A DNA stretch of 64,000 nucleotides, from IMG/VR virus record IMGVR_UViG_3300020579_000006, positions 30,865-94,864 of that record; one strand, written 5' to 3'. Below the pieces are notes generated by a model. That model saw only the letters and a list, made by a program, of their open reading frames with translations, had not been told where the DNA came from and did no database searches. Shown here piece by piece: positions 57,050-64,000 of the stretch. Each line of letters starts with the position of its first letter. The stretch's first letter is position 1. Both the position numbers and the translations under genes were made by a program. The DNA is from a virus.

Positions 57050-58653
57050 TGATTAAGCCACCTTAAAACTTCCTCGTTCCAACTATAATCTTCTACTACT
57101 TCTTTAAGTTTATTCTCATCGTCGGCCTGTGCCAATGACCGCTCGGTTTCTTTATGCTTAATTAGATGTATCAAAGCGCACGGTGGTTTCGGCATACTTA
57201 CCGGTTTCATTAGTGGTATCTGAGTATCCGTTGCTATTGCGTAACCGCCAAGAGAACTGACTTGTTCGTTCGCTAGCGCCAGATTTTCACATACTAGTAA
57301 ATACGGGTTATTATTAGTTTTCGGGTTTCCTGGATAATCTTTTACAAATACTACCCAAACTATCATCCTTGACCTTTTGCCACCAATGCCTCGTAAGTTG
57401 CTAAAAACTCCCGGCACAGCCTTAACATAATTTCTTTTCTCTGAACGTGGTCCGGCAGTTCTTGAGAAATAACAGGGTCTACTTTTTTAGCACATTCAAA
57501 TGCTCTGGTCACTTCATCTTTTTCATCGGCGGTCAGGTAAGAGCCGCCCCAATCCCAATACTTTCCTTGTTCAGTTTCCGGATTTCCGTTCTCGTTTTTA
57601 AATAATAGAGCTTTGAGTTCTTGGGCGTCTACATTCGGGTTTTGGGCAGCCTCCAAAGCTTCGTCAGTAGGTGCCTTACCGGTTTGTTTCATTGACTGTT
57701 TGAGAAGTGTCGCTTTAGTGATACCGATTTCAGCCAACTCGTCTGCATCGACATACGGTAATAACTTATCCGCCACCCCAATGACCGAATAGAGTTGCGT
57801 CCTTCCTTTACCCACTTTTCCTTTAATTGCGTCGATATAAGACCCGAAAGTAGGGTATCCAAGTGCAAACCAGTATTTACGAGTTCGCATTCTTAGAAGT
57901 AAAGTACCGAGTTGCGCGAAGTTTCTACGTACCTCGGTTTCACTCGACTGAATTCGCTCCAATAGCTGGCCGACTTCTTTGTTAGTAGTTTCAGCTTCGA
58001 GTTTTTCTGAGTCGGTCAGATTTATTGAGTCGAGTATTTCAGGGTCGTGAACCATTGTTATCCTTTTTGTAGAGATGCAAAAGCAGTTTTATAATCGTAA
58101 CTATGTGTTTTCACATAATCTGAATCGGATACTGCTCCGGTGTTTTCAACTAGCCATCCATCTTCGTCTAATAGTTTTACATATTTTCCAGTTTGTGCAT
58201 ACTCAGATGGAATCCAAGCGTGTTGCACAATACTGCCACGTCTTAAAGTACATTGAGTATGAGTATTTTTCATCAAAACGCTCCGTTTACTTTAGATGAA
58301 ATTAAACCCGCCGAGTTACCGGCTATGGCAACCGGTAAAACGAACTGCTCTATCTTATGATGCCCGGTTTTGTGTAATAGATACTTTGTTCCTACAACTA
58401 CTCCGACGGCCAATGCGGAATAGGCTAAAATCCCTCTACATGACTGGGTGGGTACTAGTACTTCTCGCCCGCCGTGATTCAGATTATAACAAGTTTGACC
58501 AACATCCGCACCACCGACCAAACCCCAAGTAACAAACTCGATTTTAGCGGGTTTGTCAAAAAACTTATGTACTTTGGGTTTTGGAGTATCCGGCAAAACT
58601 TGTCCGGAAACTGAACTCGCTAAGAATAAAAACGCTAGTAAGTATTTAATCAA
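57046..58653 (-). CDS. hypothetical proteins (57046-57366, 57363-58055, 58058-58276, 58273-58653 with signal peptide and TMs)
   Basis: Translationally coupled ORFs. Confidence 0.55.
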
Positions 58654-60524
58654 AATAACACATCCTCTTCTGGTGGTGTCTGAAAACTTGGTTCGTGAAA
58701 CATAGCCCACTCTCCAATAAAGTTTAAAACCGCAAAAGTACCGCCGTCTCCTTTGGCTCTAGCCCCAAGTAAGTGTACTTCAGTTTGAGGGCTGTAGTCA
58801 TCTTTGGGTGGATTTGTAGGGTCTTTAATTTTTATGTTATCCCGGTGTATTACAAAAATCGCATCCGCATCTGAACCAAAGGTTTCAGACCCTTTTAAAT
58901 CCGCTATGTGAATCACCTTTCCCTTAGATGCTTGATTTGCCTTCCGTGGTTGCCCCACGACGATAAATTTTACACCGTAGCGGACAGCCATATTTTTTAT
59001 TCGCTGAAAAGCATTAGCCTGGGCTTGAATTTCATTAGTTTCGTTACGGCATATAAAATGAAGGTGGTCGAGCACAACCGTTGTAGCTCCAAGTCTTCTA
59101 ATTGCTGCTTCGATAAGGTCAAGGACAGGAGTAACAGTGTTGAGAGTTGGATTTCTTCCGATATAGTATCTTGCATCTCCCATCCTTTTGGCAGCTTCTT
59201 TGTAGTCGTCTTTGCTTAAACTATTTCGATTTTTCTTAAGTAAGTAAGCCGCCACCATGTTGCTATACTCATCAACACTTAATTCACACTGATAGTTTAA
59301 AACCACTTCGTCGTACTTCATAGCATCTTCAATAGTTTTATTCATTACGAAAGTGGTTTTTGCCATTTTTGTATTTGTGGCGCTTAAACTTATTACAGAC
59401 CCTGGTAAAAGTATTGCCATTTTATCAACCGACGGCCAAGGAAAACGGGAGCGCTGCGGGTGCTCACTAAGATTTGTCCGGTTTCCGGAGGCCATACTTT
59501 CCGCGAGCGAAAAAACCGACGGCATCGGGTTTGACTTGGCCTGAGTAACACACTCGTTTACTACTTTTTTAAATACTTCTGTGTTCCCTCCACACATTTC
59601 CATCAGAACTTGGTTGGCATCCTTCCAACCTTCCGGCCACTTTAGCAAATAGGTTCGTTCCTGTAGCTCGTTCCAAAGTCTGTTCATAACTTCTTGCCCG
59701 GGTTGGTCTGAATCTCCTGCTAAAATAATTTGATTAGCTTGTAGAATCTCATCTTTTATTTCTGGAGGTAACTTTGCAGAGGCGTTGGGTAATGAAATTG
59801 CACGAAACCCGGCTTGCACAAGGCAAGCAGCGTCAAATTTTCCCTCAGTAATGAAAATTGCTTCCAGAGGTTCGACCGTTTCGATATTAAAAATTCCCGT
59901 TTCCATGCCTGCCTGACGGAAGAAAGATTTTTTCGCAATTCCTCTGTACTCGATGGATATAACGTTTTCATTCCTAATAGATGGAATCGAAATCCATCCC
60001 ATTTTGTCAGAGTCAGGGTCACTGCTGCATATTTGTCCAAGTGTCCGTCGAAACCCAAAATGTAACCTTTTCGCGGTTTCATAAGTAATTCCTCTTTCTT
60101 TTAGTAAAAATTCTTTTGCTTCCTTCGAGTTCGCCAGCGCCTGCTCTAACGGATAGTATTTTTCGAGTGGGATTACTAGCTTCTTAGTTTCGTTTTTTAT
60201 AACCGGTTGAAACGCGGAATCTACGAGTTTTTTGTTTTCTTGCCAGTCGTTGCCAAGTTCGGTCTGAATCGTCTTAATCGCAGGTCCGAAACCTACTTTA
60301 TCGAAGCCCATAACAAAATCTAATACCGAACCACTAGCACTGCATGCAAAACATTTATAGAGTAATTTACCATCTTTTGATGAGATTGTAAACGAAGGGT
60401 TTTTATCTGGGTGAAATGGACATTTCCCGGAATACTCCACCCCATTTTTGGTTAACTGAACCCGGTTTGAGTAAACCCGTAGTACTTGGGGATTCGATTT
60501 TAATTGTTCTAGGTCGGTTTTCAC
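58650..60524 (-). CDS. primase-helicase fusion (zf-CHC2 + TOPRIM + DnaB-like)
   Basis: CPFH.DKNPSF...CFAC, ITEGKFDA, DSDQPG, VVLDHLH, DLKGS...DAD. Confidence 0.88.
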   Translation of the reverse strand: MKTDLEQLKSNPQVLRVYSNRVQLTKNGVEYSGKCPFHPDKNPSFTISSKDGKLLYKCFACSASGSVLDFVMGFDKVGFGPAIKTIQTELGNDWQENKKLVDSAFQPVIKNETKKLVIPLEKYYPLEQALANSKEAKEFLLKERGITYETAKRLHFGFRRTLGQICSSDPDSDKMGWISIPSIRNENVISIEYRGIAKKSFFRQAGMETGIFNIETVEPLEAIFITEGKFDAACLVQAGFRAISLPNASAKLPPEIKDEILQANQIILAGDSDQPGQEVMNRLWNELQERTYLLKWPEGWKDANQVLMEMCGGNTEVFKKVVNECVTQAKSNPMPSVFSLAESMASGNRTNLSEHPQRSRFPWPSVDKMAILLPGSVISLSATNTKMAKTTFVMNKTIEDAMKYDEVVLNYQCELSVDEYSNMVAAYLLKKNRNSLSKDDYKEAAKRMGDARYYIGRNPTLNTVTPVLDLIEAAIRRLGATTVVLDHLHFICRNETNEIQAQANAFQRIKNMAVRYGVKFIVVGQPRKANQASKGKVIHIADLKGSETFGSDADAIFVIHRDNIKIKDPTNPPKDDYSPQTEVHLLGARAKGDGGTFAVLNFIGEWAMFHEPSFQTPPEEDVLF

Positions 60525-60527
60525 TGT

Positions 60528-61640
60528 TCAGTTTCCGGATTCCGCTTCTAAAAACCGCTCAGAATCGGTTTCTGACGGGTTTTCTTCGATTCCGAAGGTC
60601 TCCATAGCATCTTTCAATAATTCTTCGTCTACAAGGCTAGAAACCGCACTGGCGGCCATCCTAGAAGACTCCTCTGCCTGTACTTGTGCCTTCAAACGCT
60701 CTATTTCGGTATTCTGACGGTCAAGTTCGAGTTTTTGCTTCCGAGAAACCAGAATAATCTGGCCGGCCTTCTCTACGAAGTTTTTAGCCCCCCATTCGGC
60801 TGAAAGTTCATTTTCCGAACAAAACTTTCTGAAAGCTGAAATTACCTCATCTCGGCTAAATTCAGACAAAAGTTGGGCTAAACCTGTTAAATCACGACGG
60901 CCAAATGTAATAATTCCACCTGATTCATAGCTTAAATCCACCGCTAAGTCGTTGATTCCATTACCTTTAAGAGATTCAGATGGCACCATCGCCACCCCTT
61001 GGTACTGCTTCAAAAAACTCGTAATGGGCTTTTTGTACCCCTGATTCTGGTTAATTTCAGCCCAAATCTCAAAATTCGCTAAAACCGTTTCTTCTGAATT
61101 CAGCCGAATTAATTCTCGCAGTTCTTTTCTGAAAAGTTTTCTGTCTTCTACTGGCCGTCCGGTTATTTCTTCCCAAAGTTCGGAAATTTTTGTTTCCGGG
61201 TACTGTGCTTTCTGTAGTGTCTTGTATTGTACTGTATTGTTTGTTTGTATGGGGTTAGGGCCTACCGAGGGCCTACCGAGGGCCTCCCCCTGTTTGCCGG
61301 TCTTAAACCATTCATTAGAATACTCCGTAAGTTTAGGAATACAAACGACTTGTTGCTTCCAGGCCGTTGCGTCTATAATACCAGCTTTTGCTAAGATTTT
61401 CAAAGTCTTGATGACTTCTTCCTCAGAAATTCCCAATTCTTTTGAAAAAAACTGAGTATTTCCGGGTCCGTTGCCTATTTTTAGTGAAGGAACTGCCGAA
61501 TTTTTATTCTGCCATTCACCTGAAAAAATCTCATAAAGTTTGAAAACTCTGGCGTACCCGGCGTCCGTTCCTAACTGGTCACACACCCACTGTATTTTTT
61601 TATTCCTACGAGCATCTGCTTCGTGTCGGAACCATTTCAC
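60528..61640 (-). CDS. putative replication initiator (replisome-organizer-like N-terminus)
   Basis: MKWFRH..DARRNKKI...GYARVFKLYE; upstream of primase-helicase; internal repeats. Confidence 0.55.
   Translation of the reverse strand: MKWFRHEADARRNKKIQWVCDQLGTDAGYARVFKLYEIFSGEWQNKNSAVPSLKIGNGPGNTQFFSKELGISEEEVIKTLKILAKAGIIDATAWKQQVVCIPKLTEYSNEWFKTGKQGEALGRPSVGPNPIQTNNTVQYKTLQKAQYPETKISELWEEITGRPVEDRKLFRKELRELIRLNSEETVLANFEIWAEINQNQGYKKPITSFLKQYQGVAMVPSESLKGNGINDLAVDLSYESGGIITFGRRDLTGLAQLLSEFSRDEVISAFRKFCSENELSAEWGAKNFVEKAGQIILVSRKQKLELDRQNTEIERLKAQVQAEESSRMAASAVSSLVDEELLKDAMETFGIEENPSETDSERFLEAESGN
61257..61285. repeat. tandem 11-bp repeat (AGGGCCTACCG x2 plus AGGGCCT) inside initiator gene; candidate origin
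   Basis: Seen directly; flanked by a TGT-rich tract at 61203-61250. Confidence 0.45.
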
Positions 61641-61978
61641 TAAGATACTCCTAAACCGTTATATTCGTCTGTTTTTATAGGACAGTATGCCCCATCCCAC
61701 AAAGGACGTGGATAAATTAAAGCGTGAAATTCATCGCTTTCACCACCATATCCAGGTCCTGGATGGACGGTGAAAACCGGCATCAGTTTTGACAACACGG
61801 TCAACACTTTCGCCTGATTATCTTTTACATAATCATTTTTGGCTTTAACTTCTACTGCTTTAATGGAATCTCCTTTGACTAATAGAAAGTCCGGCCAGCC
61901 ACTATTTAATATAGTCCACCCCTTCTTTTTATAGTGCGTATACATTTGATTTTCAAATTTACTGTTTTTGTTAGGCAT
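61640..61978 (-). CDS. VRR-NUC/PD-(D/E)XK nuclease-like protein
   Basis: GWPDFLL...AVEVK...Q motif. Confidence 0.65.
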   Translation of the reverse strand: MPNKNSKFENQMYTHYKKKGWTILNSGWPDFLLVKGDSIKAVEVKAKNDYVKDNQAKVLTVLSKLMPVFTVHPGPGYGGESDEFHALIYPRPLWDGAYCPIKTDEYNGLGVS

Positions 61979-62002
61979 TATTGTTCATTTTCCGGACAAA
62001 AT

Positions 62003-62806
62003 TTACTCGTCAAGCCACGTCTTCGAAGTATCTAACTCTTTACTTTCTTTTTTTATTTCAGACAGTCGTGTGTATAGTTTTAAAGCTCCAAGAAACCCGT
62101 TCCAATCCGGTTTTAGCGACTTTCGGTTTTTGATTTGTGAGTAAAAATGCCCATCAGTCTTGCCCAATCGGATTACTAAACGCTGGTCTATTTCAGGAGC
62201 ACCTTTATGTTCTTCTTCCCAAGCAAAATTGTAAGCTGCCGTTTGTAGCCATGCCTCATCATAAATGTTATTTCCGCTCTTAAAATCGACTAGAGTTGGA
62301 GTATTATCTACGGAGGCTATTCCGTCCATTCGTCCAGAGAACTTATATTTTACACTATATATCGGTTGCTCGTTAAATAAAAATTCTACTTTGTGTTGTT
62401 CAACCCACTTCAAAGCGGCTTCTACTGCTTGTCTATGATGTTCAGATTCTCCGGGAAGTTGCGGATTTTTACCGGAAAAGTATAACTCTAACCATTTGTG
62501 AGTATCTGTTCCTATGTTAGCGGCTTCTTTTTTCTTGTAATAAGACTGTTTTTTAGCGGTCGCTAAGATTTGTTCGAGTTCAGTTTCCGAATATGGGCGG
62601 TCAGGTTTAACGGTGTCTCGAATGTAGTTTACTACATTGTTAGTAGCCCACCCGATAAGAGGACCCGACTTGTCCACAATCCCAGTCACGCCCGTTACAC
62701 TGACCGGCTTAAAAGTCTTACCGCCGACGGTCACGGTGTATTTGTGTTTATTAGGCTCAAATTGGAGTTTTACTTTTCCATTATATAGTTCGAATGTTTC
62801 CATCAA
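62003..62806 (-). CDS. PD-(D/E)XK exonuclease
   Basis: SVTGV, GTDTH, E..IYS...SGRMD, VDFKSG, QTAAY. Confidence 0.75.
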   Translation of the reverse strand: MMETFELYNGKVKLQFEPNKHKYTVTVGGKTFKPVSVTGVTGIVDKSGPLIGWATNNVVNYIRDTVKPDRPYSETELEQILATAKKQSYYKKKEAANIGTDTHKWLELYFSGKNPQLPGESEHHRQAVEAALKWVEQHKVEFLFNEQPIYSVKYKFSGRMDGIASVDNTPTLVDFKSGNNIYDEAWLQTAAYNFAWEEEHKGAPEIDQRLVIRLGKTDGHFYSQIKNRKSLKPDWNGFLGALKLYTRLSEIKKESKELDTSKTWLDE

Positions 62807-63180
62807 AAACCTATATTTTCGTCTTCATCCGGTTTTTCTGTCCGGTTTCCGGACTTTTCAACCACTTCGTAAACTTCCGGAAACCCGATACTTGAAGCCA
62901 CCACTTCTACGACTGTCTTTTCATTACCTTCTCGGTCTTTAAACTTACGAGTTTGTAGACGGCCAGTTACAGTCGTCATTACACCTTTTTTTAGATTTTC
63001 AGACGCTTGTTCCGCGAGTTTTCCCCAAGCTACTATATTAATCCAGTGGGTAGACTTAGTTTCTCCAAACCCGTTAACTACCGCTAACCCGAAATTAACA
63101 ACTGGCCGACTCGATTGAGTATACTTTAAATCGATATCTTGGCCTACGCGGCCCTGTAAGACCGTCAAATTTACTGACAT
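62803..63180 (-). CDS. ssb: single-stranded DNA-binding protein
   Basis: MSVNLTVLQGRVGQD...WGKLAE...GRLQTR, acidic C-tail ending in F. Confidence 0.9.
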   Translation of the reverse strand: MSVNLTVLQGRVGQDIDLKYTQSSRPVVNFGLAVVNGFGETKSTHWINIVAWGKLAEQASENLKKGVMTTVTGRLQTRKFKDREGNEKTVVEVVASSIGFPEVYEVVEKSGNRTEKPDEDENIGF

Positions 63181-63938
63181 AGAGCTATTCTCCTTTTTTC
63201 TTGATTTTCTCCGAAACCACGAGGTAACATTTTCACCCCGCTTTTTAATAGTCTGCCGGTTATACATGGTTGAGAAGCACCCAGTAGTTTACCTATTCTC
63301 GTAATTCCTATTCCTTGCATATATAGTTTTACGATTTCTTCAGATGAAATGTCATCTCGTGTCGAACCCAATCCTATTTTTCTTTTATGTTCTTCAGTAA
63401 GTTTTCTACCAAGCATGGCCTGTCGTTGTTTTTCATTCATTTCGGGAGTTCTTGTTCTTCCCTGTACAAATATCCAGTGTTTATTTCCGGAACGATTTTC
63501 TGCGCCTCTTCTTACAGATTCTGGAGAACGTTTTTTACCTATGTTAGCGGCCCTCAATTTTAGTTTAGTTTCTTCTGAGCATACTTTCCCAGTATTAGAT
63601 ACACTTATTTTTCTGCGAGTTTCTTCTGTTGGAATTACTCCTCTTCCTCCCATTGTACTATTATAACCAACTTCTCTTTTGTAGCAGCCGGTTATCCCTA
63701 TATACCAACTCTCTAACCAATTCGCCTGCTGTTCATTTTCCGTACAATCTAGTTCTTTGACGGTGAAGTTCTCGGGGCCGTGTTTTCGAATAGCCGACAT
63801 GAAATATCTATTAACACCAACGCCTATATTAGCTCTTGAAGTGTGTTCGTGCCATCTCTGATTTAATGAACGGGAAGTTTTACCTATGTATATTTTACCG
63901 TTAATATTGTTTGTAACTTTGTATATTTGAAATATCAA
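63171..63938 (-). CDS. GIY-YIG/NUMOD3 homing endonuclease with C-terminal HTH
   Basis: FQIYKVTNNINGKIYIGKT; shares GPENFT.KELDCTENEQQANWLESWYI with the 42273 copy. Confidence 0.85.
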   Translation of the reverse strand: MIFQIYKVTNNINGKIYIGKTSRSLNQRWHEHTSRANIGVGVNRYFMSAIRKHGPENFTVKELDCTENEQQANWLESWYIGITGCYKREVGYNSTMGGRGVIPTEETRRKISVSNTGKVCSEETKLKLRAANIGKKRSPESVRRGAENRSGNKHWIFVQGRTRTPEMNEKQRQAMLGRKLTEEHKRKIGLGSTRDDISSEEIVKLYMQGIGITRIGKLLGASQPCITGRLLKSGVKMLPRGFGENQEKRRIALCQ

Positions 63939-64000
63939 CTAACAGCCTTTCTTTTTTCTTCGTATCGTTTTCTTAGTTTTTCTATATTAAAAATCCCCAC

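Larger units (their letters stand above)
115..63745. repeat. dispersed 15-bp quasi-palindrome GTCCGGAAANYGRAC (about 30 copies)
   Basis: Exact matches on either strand start at 115, 12578, 13489, 17212, 19543, 24560, 27302, 37006, 39569, 43192, 45281, 51647, 52342, 53338, 53965, 58602, 61983, 62840; 13 more with one mismatch. Confidence 0.85.

Noticed and set aside
115-62854. 15-bp motif as a CRISPR repeat or LexA box
   Set aside because: Dispersed, with no regular spacers or cas genes; inverted GTYC-N7-GRAC with a fixed core does not match GAAC-N4-GTTC or direct-repeat GTTC-N7-GTTC SOS boxes, and many copies are intragenic
1-64000. Prophage boundary, integrase, diversity-generating retroelement or DNA polymerase
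   Set aside because: No integrase, reverse transcriptase, TR/VR pair, polymerase or host housekeeping block seen in this window; lifestyle cannot be decided

Overview
64-kb internal segment of a tailed dsDNA phage genome with podovirus-like gene order. The host may be Acidobacteriota, inferred weakly from RecA and signal-peptide style. The + strand arm (1-42.3 kb) holds tRNAs, a cassette of large Cys-rich fibre/spike-like proteins that all carry Sec-type signal peptides, terminase, portal, scaffold, major capsid protein (MCP), two paralogous head-tail adaptors, nozzle and ejection proteins. The - strand arm (42.3-64 kb) holds SSB, exonuclease, replication initiator, primase-helicase, a sigma-like factor, ClpP-like protease, SleB-like hydrolase, ThyX, class II RNR, RecA and nucleotide-pool enzymes. 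About 11 homing-endonuclease-like genes are scattered through both arms. The most striking observation is that the MCP gene is in three pieces. It is interrupted by a normal LAGLIDADG-carrying group I intron and by a 42-nt core-less mini-intron that keeps exact group I splice signatures (5' U.G wobble in P1, P10, terminal G) and may depend on the neighbouring ribozyme. Other highlights: several genes that appear to start at AUC/AUU/AUA, about 30 dispersed copies of a 15-bp quasi-palindrome, repeated covarying RNA leader elements, an SD-sequestering pseudoknot, a ~176-nt structured intergenic RNA, atypical tRNAs and apparent absence of GATC. All calls come from reading the sequence by eye; no searches or folding programs were run.
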